Shown one piece after another: positions 53,556 to 62,774 of a stretch of 64,000 nucleotides of DNA. The translations under genes were made by a program, and so were the position numbers. The stretch comes from Verrucomicrobiota bacterium (GTDB lineage: Bacteria; Verrucomicrobiota; Verrucomicrobiia; Limisphaerales; UBA11358), in NCBI GenBank assembly GCA_049510295.1, contig JBEKZC010000012.1, positions 5,492-69,491 of the forward strand. Reading direction: 5' to 3'. The notes below the pieces were generated by a model. It was not told the origin of the DNA. It saw nothing but the letters and a program-made list of their open reading frames with translations, and did no database searches. How positions within the stretch are numbered: the first letter of the stretch is position 1; each line of letters starts with the position of its first letter.

Positions 53556-54719
53556 ATGAAAAAGAATCTGCTGATTATGGCGGGCGCCTGCTGGCTCGCC
53601 GCCCAATTGTCCGCCCCAACCGGTTCCGCGGCGGACGAAACCAAACCCATCAAGATCGGCGCCATCTTTTCCGTCACCGGCCCGGCATCCTTCCTCGGTG
53701 CGCCGGAGGCGAAGACGGCACAAATGCTGGTGGACAAGATCAACGCCTCGGGCGGCGTGCTTGGCCAGAAGCTCGAATTGATCATCAAGGACAGCAGCGG
53801 CAGCCCGGAGAAGGCGGTCTCGTTTGCCAAGCAGTTGATCGAAGAAGACAAGGTGCTGGCCATCATCGGTCCGTCCACCAGCGGCGAGACCATGCAAATC
53901 AAAAAGCTCTGTGAAGAGAACCAGATGATCCTCGTCTCCTGCGCCGCGGCGGATGCCATCGTCAATCCCCTGGCCAAATATGTCTTCAAGACCCCGCAAA
54001 AGGACAGCCAGGCGGCGACCTGGATTTACCGCACGATGAAGGAAAAGGGCATCACCAAGATTGCCGTGCTGACCGGCAATGACGGCTTCGGCGCCTCCGG
54101 CAAAAAACAGCTTGAAGAACTGGCCAAAACGGAAGGCATCGAAATTGTCTGCAATGAAGTCTATGACAAACAGGCGACCGACCTGACGGACATCCTGACG
54201 AAGGTCAAGGGGACGCCGGGGGTCCAGGCCGTGGTGAACTGGTCCATCGTTCCCGCCCAATCCATTGTGGCGAAGAACATGAAGCAACTCGGCATGACCA
54301 TTCCGCTGTTCCAAAGCCACGGGTTCGGCAACCGCAAGTATGTCGAGCAGGCGGGCGTGGCGGCGGAAGGCATCCTGTTCCCGGCAGGCCGGCTGCTGGT
54401 GGTGGAGGAACTGCCCGACAGCCATCCGCAAAAGAAGCTGTTGGCCACCTACAAGAAGGATTACGAAGCCGCCTACAAGGAGGATGTGAGCACCTTTGGC
54501 GGGCATGCCTACGATGCGATTTTGATTGTGACCGAGGCGCTCAAGAAGGCCGGCACAACCGATCGCGCGAAGGTGCGCGACGCCATCGAGGGCCTGCACG
54601 GCCTGGTGGGCACGGCGGGCATTTACAATTTTTCCGCCACCGACCACACGGGGCTGGACCTGAATGCGTTTGAAATGCTGACGGTCAAGGACGGCAAGTT
54701 CACGATTTATAAAAAATAA
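53556..54719 (+). CDS. Liv-type ABC transporter substrate-binding protein
   Basis: After a signal peptide comes the type-I periplasmic binding pattern IKIGAIFSVTGPASFLGAPE...AIIGPSTSG. It lies upstream of the livHMGF-like genes. Confidence 0.9.
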   Translation: MKKNLLIMAGACWLAAQLSAPTGSAADETKPIKIGAIFSVTGPASFLGAPEAKTAQMLVDKINASGGVLGQKLELIIKDSSGSPEKAVSFAKQLIEEDKVLAIIGPSTSGETMQIKKLCEENQMILVSCAAADAIVNPLAKYVFKTPQKDSQAATWIYRTMKEKGITKIAVLTGNDGFGASGKKQLEELAKTEGIEIVCNEVYDKQATDLTDILTKVKGTPGVQAVVNWSIVPAQSIVAKNMKQLGMTIPLFQSHGFGNRKYVEQAGVAAEGILFPAGRLLVVEELPDSHPQKKLLATYKKDYEAAYKEDVSTFGGHAYDAILIVTEALKKAGTTDRAKVRDAIEGLHGLVGTAGIYNFSATDHTGLDLNAFEMLTVKDGKFTIYKK

Positions 54720-54800
54720 CCGGATTGGTTTGGTTGTAGAAGGTTCCTCCAAGGCCCCGGCGGGAAACCGACCGGGGCCTTTTGTCCGGAAGGCCTGACG

Positions 54801-55694
54801 ATGGAAAACGGAAGTCTGGCATTACAGTATTTGTTGTCCGGTGTCACCAAGGGCAGCATCTATGCCGTGGTGGCCATCGGCTTCAACCTGATTTACAGCG
54901 CCACGGGGGTCCTGAATTTCGCCCAGGGCGAATTCGTAATGCTGGGCGGGATGGTGGCGGTGACGCTGGCCTGTTTCGTTCCGTTGCCCGTGGCAATTGC
55001 CGGCGCGGTGGCCATCGTGGCACTCGTCGGATGTCTGCTCGAGATCCTATTCTTCCGAAAGCTGCGGCGGCATTCCGTGCTGCACCTCATCATCATCACC
55101 ATCGGGCTTTCCATCGTCATGCAGGAGGCTGCCCTGCACATCTGGGACGAAAAGGTCCGTTCCCTGCCCTACTTCACCGGCAACGAAGTGTCGTCCATCA
55201 AATTCCTCGGCGCGGCGATTTCACCGCAGGTGTTGTGGGTCCTGGGAACGGTCGCAATCACGGTGGCCCTGCTGCACATTTTTCTCAAATACACCCTGCG
55301 CGGCCGCGCCATGCGCGCGTGTTCGTCGAATCCCGCCGCCGCCATGCTCGCGGGCATCAACATCTCCAACATGCGCACGCTGTCGTTCGGCCTGAGCGCC
55401 GCGCTGGGCGCGCTGGCGGGTTGCGTCATCTCGCCCATCACCATGACGCACTACGAAATGGGCGCACCGCTGGCCATCAAAGGATTCGCCGCGGCCATCC
55501 TCGGTGGCATGGGCAATCCGATGGGTGCGGTGGTGGGCGGGTTGATGGTCGGCATTCTGGAGGCGTTCGCCGTGAGCTGGCTGCCCGCGGCCTACAACGA
55601 CGTCGCCGCCTTCGCCGTGTTGTTGCTGGTTTTGTTTGTCCGCCCGCACGGCCTGTTTGGCCGGCCCGGTGGAGAAAGCGTGAGGGAACATTGA
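54801..55694 (+). CDS. livH: branched-chain-amino-acid-type ABC permease (LivH family)
   Basis: The N-terminus LLSGVTKGSIYAVVAIGFNLIYSATGVLNFAQGEF is typical of LivH, and the length is 297 aa. Confidence 0.9.
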   Translation: MENGSLALQYLLSGVTKGSIYAVVAIGFNLIYSATGVLNFAQGEFVMLGGMVAVTLACFVPLPVAIAGAVAIVALVGCLLEILFFRKLRRHSVLHLIIITIGLSIVMQEAALHIWDEKVRSLPYFTGNEVSSIKFLGAAISPQVLWVLGTVAITVALLHIFLKYTLRGRAMRACSSNPAAAMLAGINISNMRTLSFGLSAALGALAGCVISPITMTHYEMGAPLAIKGFAAAILGGMGNPMGAVVGGLMVGILEAFAVSWLPAAYNDVAAFAVLLLVLFVRPHGLFGRPGGESVREH

Positions 55695-55741
55695 GTAAAT
55701 GATGATGAATGAGATGAACACTCGCCCTCCCCATGAACCTC

Positions 55742-55811
55742 GCAGCCGCGGACGTCAGTCCGCGCACTCTTATTCTAATGAAAGTCAGCGCCGACTCACG
55801 TCGGCGGCTAC
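55742..55811. repeat. palindromic element in the livH-livM gap
   Basis: The arms gcagccgcggacgtcagtccgcgc and gcgccgactcacgtcggcggctac form an imperfect inverted repeat around a 22-nt AT-rich loop. Confidence 0.6.
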
Positions 55812-55862
55812 AGTTCAAGGGTTGAACGCGCGAAAGGTAATTCCTGAATTCCATTTCCGTCC

Positions 55863-56966
55863 ATGATGAACCACCGTCTCAAAACCTTGCTGCCCTTCGC
55901 GCTCTTCGCGCTCGTGCTGGTCGCGGTGCAATCCATCCTGGGCGCAGCGGGAAGGGAATACTGCCTGACGCAGCTCACCATGTCGCTTTACTACGCCATT
56001 GTGGTGATTGGCCTGTGCTTGGTGATGGGCTACGCGGGGCAGGTGTCGCTCGGGCACGGCGCGTTCTTCGCCATCGGCGGCTACACATCAGCCGTGCTGA
56101 CGACTCATGACTTCTCCCGCTTCAACGCCGCCGCCTGGGCTGGTGCATTCCGGCAGGCGCACCTGTTGGTGACGAACGACGACCTTTACGGCAACCCGAT
56201 CGTCACCGCCTCCCCGTGGGCCGCTTTCCTGGCGGCCATGCTCGCGACGTTGATCATCGCGAGCCTGATCGGCTATCCCGCGCTCCGGCTCAAAGGCCAT
56301 TACCTCGCCATGGCCACGCTCGGCTTCGGCCTGATCGTCTACAAAACCGTCCTTGGCACCGCCCTCTTCGGCGCGGCGGACGGCATCAACGGCGTGCCGG
56401 AATGGAAGCTGGGCTTTGGCCTGACGGTGTCGGGCCGGAGTGCCTTGCGCGTTGAAAACTACTACCTCGCCGGCGCCCTGGTGCTGGTGCTGCTCGTGCT
56501 GTTGCGCAACCTCATCCATTCCCGCGTCGGCCGCGCGTTGCAGGCCATTCACGACCGCGAGACCGCCGCCGGTGCGATGGGCATCAACACCGCCGCCTAC
56601 AAACTGCGCGCCTTCGTGTTGAGTGCGCTGCTCGCGGCGATGGCCGGCGTGTTTTTCACGCATTATACCGGTGGCATCGGGCCGTCGGAAGCCAGCGCAT
56701 TCAAATCGGTGCGCTACGTCGCGTTGGCCGCGTCCGGCGGCATGGCGAGCCTCTGGGGCGTCACCGGCATGAGCACCCTGTTGAACTACCTGTCGCTCCG
56801 CGGACTGTTCGGCAGTTACGACAACGCCGTGTTCGGCGCAATTCTCATCACCATCGTTTCACTCGCGCCGGAAGGACCGCTCAAGCCGTTGGGGCTGTTG
56901 ATGCAAAAGCTGATTAAAAAAGTTTTTGGTGCCCGGCAGATGAAAGCTGCCATGGAAAACAAATGA
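55863..56966 (+). CDS. livM: branched-chain-amino-acid-type ABC permease (LivM family)
   Basis: GYAGQVSLGHGAFFAIGGYTSA is the LivM signature region, and the length is 367 aa. Confidence 0.9.
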   Translation: MMNHRLKTLLPFALFALVLVAVQSILGAAGREYCLTQLTMSLYYAIVVIGLCLVMGYAGQVSLGHGAFFAIGGYTSAVLTTHDFSRFNAAAWAGAFRQAHLLVTNDDLYGNPIVTASPWAAFLAAMLATLIIASLIGYPALRLKGHYLAMATLGFGLIVYKTVLGTALFGAADGINGVPEWKLGFGLTVSGRSALRVENYYLAGALVLVLLVLLRNLIHSRVGRALQAIHDRETAAGAMGINTAAYKLRAFVLSALLAAMAGVFFTHYTGGIGPSEASAFKSVRYVALAASGGMASLWGVTGMSTLLNYLSLRGLFGSYDNAVFGAILITIVSLAPEGPLKPLGLLMQKLIKKVFGARQMKAAMENK

Positions 56967-56967
56967 G

Positions 56968-57056
56968 CCAACATTCAACATCCAACATTCAACATCCAAC
57001 GCCGAAGCGGCGTGGGTTCACGTACGCACTCATTCGATGTTCGCCGTTAGATGTTG
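56968..57056. repeat. repeat family E copy (livM-livG gap)
   Basis: The arms are ccaacattcaacatccaacattcaacatccaac and ttcgatgttcgccgttagatgttg. Confidence 0.75.
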
Positions 57057-57090
57057 CCTGCTTCACGTTTGTCAGAAAGGAGGCCGGAAC

Positions 57091-57897
57091 ATGGCGCTGC
57101 TTGAAGTAAACGATGTCCGGCGCAATTTCGGCGGCCTCGTGGCGGTGAACCAGGTTTCGTTCCAGGTCAACCCCGGCCGGATCAAGGCTGTCATCGGCCC
57201 AAACGGCGCGGGCAAGACGACCCTGTTCAACATCATCTCCGGCCTGCTCAAGGCTGACACCGGCCGGATCACCTTCAAAGACCGCTCCATCACCGGCTTC
57301 AAGCCGTATCAAATCGCCCGCGCGGGAATTTCGCGGACGTTCCAGAACCCGAGCCTGTTCTTCCAAATGAGCGTCCTGGAAAACGTGATGGTGGGCCGGC
57401 ACCGCCGTTCGCGCTGCGAATTCGCCGCCTGCTGCCTGCGCCTTCCCGGCCAGCCGAAGGAGGAACGTTCCATCCGAGAAGCCGCGCTGGCGCAACTGGA
57501 TTACGTCGGCCTCGCCCATCTCGCCGGGTTCCCGGCCGGCGGTCTCTCTTTCGGGCAGCGCCGCATGGTGGAACTGGCCCGCGCGCTGGCCACCGATCCC
57601 GAACTGCTGCTGCTCGATGAACCCGCCAGCGGACTGAACACCCGGGAAAAGGAAAATCTTGGCGCGCTCATCCGCCGCATCCGCGCCCGCGGCGTCACCG
57701 TGCTCCTGGTCGAGCACGACATGACCCTGGTGATGGATTTATCGGACGACATCCTCGTGCTGCACAACGGCACGGTCATCGCCGAAGGTTCGCCGGCAAC
57801 GATTCAAAGCGATCCGAACGTCATCAGCACTTACCTGGGCGGGGAATTCCGCCCGCCCGGGGAAGTTGAACTGGCCCTGCTGAGCGGCCGCTCCTGA
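57091..57897 (+). CDS. livG: ABC transporter ATP-binding protein (LivG family)
   Basis: It has Walker A GPNGAGKTT, the signature LSFGQRR and Walker B LLLLDEP. The start at 57091 is preceded by aaggagg. Confidence 0.9.
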   Translation: MALLEVNDVRRNFGGLVAVNQVSFQVNPGRIKAVIGPNGAGKTTLFNIISGLLKADTGRITFKDRSITGFKPYQIARAGISRTFQNPSLFFQMSVLENVMVGRHRRSRCEFAACCLRLPGQPKEERSIREAALAQLDYVGLAHLAGFPAGGLSFGQRRMVELARALATDPELLLLDEPASGLNTREKENLGALIRRIRARGVTVLLVEHDMTLVMDLSDDILVLHNGTVIAEGSPATIQSDPNVISTYLGGEFRPPGEVELALLSGRS

Positions 57898-57898
57898 A

Positions 57899-58618
57899 AT
57901 GTTATTGCAGGTCAAAAATTTGAGATGCAGTTATGGCAGCCTTGAGGTTGTCCATGGCATCAGTCTCCACGTGTGCGCCGGCGAGATCGTCGGCCTGCTC
58001 GGCGCGAACGGCGCGGGCAAGTCCTCGCTGCTCAAGTCCATCATCGGCCTGCTGCCGCCGCGGCAGGGCGACATCTTCATTGACGGCCGGCCCACGCACG
58101 GCCAGCCCGCCTGGCGCAGCATCAGCAATTCCACCGTGCTCGTGCCGGAAGGCAAAATGATTTTTGCCGACATGACCGTGCGCGAAAACCTGCTCATCGG
58201 CGGTTACCACAACCCCGACCGCAACCTGCAGCTCGACATCGTGCTCGACCGTTTCCCGCGGCTGCGCGAGCGGATCCACCAGTTGGGCGGCACGTTGTCC
58301 GGCGGCGAACAGCAAATGCTGGCCTTGGGCCGCGCGCTGATGGCCCGGCCAAAACTGTTGTTGCTCGACGAACCTTCGCTGGGTCTCGCGCCGCTCATGG
58401 TCCGGGACGTATTCAACGAAATCCGCAAGATGAAGGACCTGGGCATGACGGTGCTGCTCGTGGAGCAAAACGTCACCGGCACCCTGCAGATCGCCGACCG
58501 CGCCTATGTGATGGAAACCGGCGAAATCATCCTGGAAGGCGAAGCCGCCGATCTCCTGCACAACCCGGAAGTCAAACGCGCCTACCTCGGCAAAGGCGGC
58601 CAGGAGCTCTGGCTGTGA
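57899..58618 (+). CDS. livF: ABC transporter ATP-binding protein (LivF family)
   Basis: It has Walker A GANGAGKSS, the signature LSGGEQQ and Walker B LLLLDEP. The length is 239 aa. Confidence 0.92.
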   Translation: MLLQVKNLRCSYGSLEVVHGISLHVCAGEIVGLLGANGAGKSSLLKSIIGLLPPRQGDIFIDGRPTHGQPAWRSISNSTVLVPEGKMIFADMTVRENLLIGGYHNPDRNLQLDIVLDRFPRLRERIHQLGGTLSGGEQQMLALGRALMARPKLLLLDEPSLGLAPLMVRDVFNEIRKMKDLGMTVLLVEQNVTGTLQIADRAYVMETGEIILEGEAADLLHNPEVKRAYLGKGGQELWL

Positions 58619-58630
58619 AACGAACCGAAT

Positions 58631-58738
58631 ATCCAACATTCAACATCGAACATCCATTGCCCAATGTTCCTGCAATGTCCGAACGCCAGCCATTGGATGT
58701 TGAGCGTTGGATGTTGGTTGTTGGATGTTTTCCTTTTG
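58631..58738. repeat. repeat family E copy (livF-paaK2 gap)
   Basis: The arms are atccaacattcaacatcgaacatcc and ggatgttgagcgttggatgttggttgttggatgtt. Confidence 0.75.
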
Positions 58739-58793
58739 ACCACCTTTTTCGTGTGTTCAATGTGTTCCGCAATTTCTCAACCCCATCCTTTTT

Positions 58794-60011
58794 ATGAACG
58801 TCTTTGACCGCCGTTACGAAATGATGCCGCGCGCCGAATTGGAACAGCTCCAGCTCGAACGCCTGCAGGCCCTCCTCGTCCGTCTCAAACGCAACGTCCG
58901 CCGCGCCCGCGAAAAAATCGGCGACACCCGCGTCGAATCGCTGGCCGACCTCGCGCATCTGCCGTTCACCACGCCGGAAGATATGGTGGAAAGTTTTCCC
59001 TACGGCATGTTCGCGCTGCCCATGCGCGAAATCATCCGGCTTCACACCACCGTCGGGCCGCAGGGCAAACCGCTCGTCATTGGCCACACGCGCAATGACC
59101 TCGCCCAGTGGGGCCGGCTCGTCGCCCGCCAGCTCGTGGCCATTGGCGTGACCGCCAACGACGTGGTTCAGATGTGTTTCGGCGGCGGCGTCTATGGCGC
59201 GGCCGGTTATCTATTCGGCGCGCAGGTCATCGAAGCGTCCGTCATCGCCGAGGATTCCGCCCACGTGGATTACCAGATTGCCACGCTGCAAAACTACCGG
59301 CCCACCGTCCTCATCACCACGCCGGGCAATGCCCTTGACCTCATGCAGGTGATGGAACAACGCCGCCTGGACCCGCAATCGCTCCACATCCGCACCGTCC
59401 TGCTCTCACGCCCGGTGGACCACGAAACCCGCGAACGGCTGGCCGCCGGGTTGTTCGCCAGGGTGCAATGCAACTTCGGCCTCGGCGAAATCCTCAATCC
59501 CGGCCTGTGCGTGGAATGCGGAGCCGGACATTTTCACGTCCACGAAGACCATTTTCTCGCCGAAGTGCAGGACGGCGAACTGGTGTTGACCACACTCTGC
59601 CGCGAAGCCCTGCCCCTCCTCCGTTACCGCACCCGCGTCCGCTGCGAACTCACCCGCGACAAATGTTCCTGCGGCCGCACCGGCGCCAGAATCGTGCCCG
59701 GCGAGCGGCTCGATGGCCGTCTGCGTGTCAACGAAACCCCGCTTTACGAAGGCCAGATTGCCGGAGTCCTCGCCCGGACCAGGGCCGCCGGGCAGCCTTT
59801 CACCGTCACCGTGTCCGAGCGGCGCATTGTAGTTTCCGTTGAAATTTCCGACGACCTGTTCGCCGATGCCGTCGGGCTTATCGAAGAACTTACGCGCGAA
59901 ATCGAGTCCGAGTTCCTGGCGCGGCTCGGCATCGAAGCGGACGTGCGCTTCATTTCGCCCTGGTCCCATCTCCATCCCGGACCCGGGCCTGATGCCGGCA
60001 GCAAGGTTTGA
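58794..60011 (+). CDS. PaaK-family adenylate-forming ligase paralogue with degenerate catalytic motifs
   Basis: It is collinear with the two paaK genes in the window. However, its P-loop is TTVGPQGKP (against SSGTTGKP), it has FGLGE (against YGLSE) and YRTRVRC (against YRTRDIT), and it lacks the C-terminal GKAKRV lysine motif. Confidence 0.8.
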   Translation: MNVFDRRYEMMPRAELEQLQLERLQALLVRLKRNVRRAREKIGDTRVESLADLAHLPFTTPEDMVESFPYGMFALPMREIIRLHTTVGPQGKPLVIGHTRNDLAQWGRLVARQLVAIGVTANDVVQMCFGGGVYGAAGYLFGAQVIEASVIAEDSAHVDYQIATLQNYRPTVLITTPGNALDLMQVMEQRRLDPQSLHIRTVLLSRPVDHETRERLAAGLFARVQCNFGLGEILNPGLCVECGAGHFHVHEDHFLAEVQDGELVLTTLCREALPLLRYRTRVRCELTRDKCSCGRTGARIVPGERLDGRLRVNETPLYEGQIAGVLARTRAAGQPFTVTVSERRIVVSVEISDDLFADAVGLIEELTREIESEFLARLGIEADVRFISPWSHLHPGPGPDAGSKV

Positions 60012-60264
60012 AGCCCGGGGTGGTGGAGTGCTGGAATAGTGGAAAGTAGAGGGCCATCACTGAAAAATTCCTTTGCTCCTTCCACCCGCCACCGCGCGTG
60101 TATGGCTGATTTGGGTTATAGTGTCGGCGCTGTGTGCCGATTCATTCGAGCCACAGGCTCGACGCTACAGCAAATCAGGCCGCCGCCGCCAAGCAGTAAA
60201 ACTTGACGTGCTTTTCATTTTGGGGTGGAGTAGTGGTCACAATCATCAAATCAGGCATTTAGTC

Positions 60265-61557
60265 ATGTTTTGGGACCAAAAAAGCGAAACCCTCGATCGC
60301 GCCGCGTTGGAGCGGCTGCAGCTTAAACGGCTGCAGGAAACCGTCTGGCGCGTGGCCGGGCGCGTGCCGTTCTACCGGCTGAAATTCGCCGAACTGGGCT
60401 TGAAACCGGAGGCTATCCGGTCGCTCGCCGACCTGCGCCGCCTGCCCTTCACCACCACCGCCGACCTGCGCGCGAACTATCCCGCCGGCCTGCTGGCCGT
60501 GCCCTACGACGCCACCCTCCGCCTGCATACCTCCAGCGGCACCACCGGCAAACCCAAGGCGCTGTTCTTCTCGCGTCAGGACGTGGACAACGCCGCCGAA
60601 CTGTGCGCGCGTTCGTTTGTTATGACCGGCATCACGCAGAAGGACGTGTTTCAAAACATGATGACCTATGGCATGTTCACCGGCGCGCTGGTCACCCACT
60701 ACGGCGCGGAAAAAATCGGCTGCCTCGTCATCCCCGCCGGCCCGGGCAATTCCGAGCGGCAGTTGATGCTGATGCAGGATTTTCGGACGACATTCATCCA
60801 CCTCACGCCCAGCTACGCGCTCTACCTTGCGACCTTCCTTGAAAAACACGGCGTTGACCCGCGGCGCGATCTCGCGTTGCGCAAGGCATTTGTCGGCGCC
60901 GAGCCGTACACCGAGGAAACCTGCCGGAAGATCGAGGAGGGCCTCAGCGTGGACGTTTACAACTCCTACGGCCTTTCGGAAATGAACGGCCCGGGCATCG
61001 CGTTCGAGTGCGGGCAAAAGCACGGCATGCATCTGTGGGAGGACCATTTCCTCATCGAGATCATTGACCCGCAGACCGGCGAACCGCTGCCCGACGGCGA
61101 GGCCGGAGAACTGGTGATGACGACGCTCACCCGCGAAGCCATGCCCCTGCTCCGTTACCGCACCCGCGACATTACGTCCATCATCACCAAGCCCTGCCCC
61201 TGCGGGCGCACGCATCGCCGCCTGAACCGCATCGCCGGCCGTTCGGACGACATGCTCATCGTGCGCGGCGTGAACATCTACCCGCAGCAGATCGAGCGCG
61301 TCCTGATGGCGCAGTCGGGAGTGGGCAGAAATTATCTGATCGCGCTGGAGGGTCTCGACGAGATGACGGTCAAGGTGGAACTGGCGGAAGCCGGTTTCGA
61401 GGGACAGGTGGAGCAGCTCATGAAATTGCAAAACCATCTGGCCGAGAAATTACGCACGGAAATCCTCATCAAACCACAGGTCCAACTCCTGCCGCCCGGT
61501 TCGTTGCCGGTGAGTGAAGGCAAGGCCAAACGTGTGATTGACAACCGCAAGCTTTAA
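60265..61557 (+). CDS. paaK: phenylacetate-CoA ligase family protein
   Basis: The motifs SSGTTGKPKALF, YNSYGLSEMNGPG, LRYRTRDIT, GRSDDMLIVRGVN and SEGKAKRVIDNR are present. The start was chosen at 60265 (MFWDQKSETL). Confidence 0.9.
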   Translation: MFWDQKSETLDRAALERLQLKRLQETVWRVAGRVPFYRLKFAELGLKPEAIRSLADLRRLPFTTTADLRANYPAGLLAVPYDATLRLHTSSGTTGKPKALFFSRQDVDNAAELCARSFVMTGITQKDVFQNMMTYGMFTGALVTHYGAEKIGCLVIPAGPGNSERQLMLMQDFRTTFIHLTPSYALYLATFLEKHGVDPRRDLALRKAFVGAEPYTEETCRKIEEGLSVDVYNSYGLSEMNGPGIAFECGQKHGMHLWEDHFLIEIIDPQTGEPLPDGEAGELVMTTLTREAMPLLRYRTRDITSIITKPCPCGRTHRRLNRIAGRSDDMLIVRGVNIYPQQIERVLMAQSGVGRNYLIALEGLDEMTVKVELAEAGFEGQVEQLMKLQNHLAEKLRTEILIKPQVQLLPPGSLPVSEGKAKRVIDNRKL

Positions 61558-61785
61558 GGCAACCGGATGAAAAATTTCCACGATCCCGGAATCGCACACG
61601 ACCGCCTTGAATCCACTGTTGTTGGTAGGGCGGGCAGTCCCCTGCCCGCCGCAGGTCAACATATCTGTCACGGCGCGCACGGCTTGTCTCGCCGTAGCAT
61701 TGCGAAGGCGGAAGTGACGCGCCCTGCCTTGGGGAACGGAATGCGTCCGAGCACCTCAGCTTAAATCCCAAGAAAGGAATCTCAA

Positions 61786-62211
61786 ATGAACGACGTCAAA
61801 CTGGTGGCTGCTTTTGCCGAGAACAAACCCGGGCAGGTCGCCCACTTCACCAAAATCCTTGCCAAAGCCAACATCAACATCCGCTGGCTCGCCGTGGCCA
61901 GCACCGGCCCGTTCGGCGTGATGAAGTTTCTGGTCAGCGATCCGGAGATGGCCTGCCAGGCCCTCAAACATGAAGGCTTCGTCGTTAAATTGGTGGACGC
62001 GCTCGCCATTGAAGTCCCGGACAAGCCCGGCGGATTGCATGCCGTGGCCGATTGTCTGGCCAGCCACAACATCAACCTCGACAACGCCTCCGGTTTCATC
62101 GCCAACAACCGTGCCATCATGGTCCTCGAAGTCCCCGACGTGGCCAAGGCCCGCGATGTCCTGCAAAAGCAGGGCTTTCGCGTGTTGGCGCAAAAGGAAC
62201 TGCCGGTATAG
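61786..62211 (+). CDS. ACT-domain protein (tandem ACT), second copy
   Basis: The units VAAFAENKPGQVAHFTKILAKANINI and AIEVPDKPGGLHAVADCLASHNINL mark it as a paralogue of 47531..47974. Confidence 0.8.
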   Translation: MNDVKLVAAFAENKPGQVAHFTKILAKANINIRWLAVASTGPFGVMKFLVSDPEMACQALKHEGFVVKLVDALAIEVPDKPGGLHAVADCLASHNINLDNASGFIANNRAIMVLEVPDVAKARDVLQKQGFRVLAQKELPV

Positions 62212-62231
62212 CGGTCGCTCCGCGACCATTC

Positions 62232-62272
62232 GAAGTTGGATGTTGAGTGTTGAATGTTGAATGTTCGATGTT
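62232..62272. repeat. repeat family E, single-arm copy
   Basis: The sequence is gaagttggatgttgagtgttgaatgttgaatgttcgatgtt, downstream of the second ACT gene. Confidence 0.7.
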
Positions 62273-62360
62273 AAACCGCGTGGCGACCTGTCCACCAGAG
62301 TCCCGCTTTGCAGACGACGGTGGAAGCCTTACGCGGACTTGCCGCGTGAGGCGAAGTCTT

Positions 62361-62774
62361 TTACGCGGCCTTTCCCAGCAACGCCACAAACCATGCCGGC
62401 GGTCGGATCGGTTTGCCCCGGGTATCGGTGAACGCGTGGACCGTGTAACCACGAACCACCGGGCTGCCGGTCTCGTTCCGGGTGATTTCCACGTCGAAAC
62501 GCAACCGCGCCCGCCCGTGCAATTCCGCCGTTGAAGTGATGCGCAGCAGGTCGTCATACCGCGCGCCGCCCTGGAATTCGAGATGCGCCTCCACCAGCGG
62601 CAGGAAAACGCCCTTTTCCTCCAGCGCCGCGTAAGTCATCCGCAACCGGTTCCGCATTAATTCCGTCCGCCCGCATTCAAACCATTCCAGCGCGCGCGAA
62701 TTGTAGAACGTCCCCATCTGGTCCGTTTCACTGTAACGAACGCGCAACTGAAGCACATCTTTGAGTTTGTTCAT
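62361..62774 (-). CDS. acyl-CoA thioesterase (4HBT / YbgC family hotdog)
   Basis: The N-terminus LRVRYSETDQMGTFYNSRALEWFECGRTELM is the YbgC/4HBT pattern with the catalytic Asp. The length is 137 aa. Confidence 0.85.
   Translation of the reverse strand: MNKLKDVLQLRVRYSETDQMGTFYNSRALEWFECGRTELMRNRLRMTYAALEEKGVFLPLVEAHLEFQGGARYDDLLRITSTAELHGRARLRFDVEITRNETGSPVVRGYTVHAFTDTRGKPIRPPAWFVALLGKAA

Noticed and set aside
51921-54752. 943-aa minus-strand ORF, the longest in the region
   Set aside because: It is antisense to two well-supported plus-strand genes: the porin, with a signal peptide and a C-terminal Phe, and the Liv-type binding protein. Its product is low-complexity (R/G/A/V/H) and has no recognisable domain.
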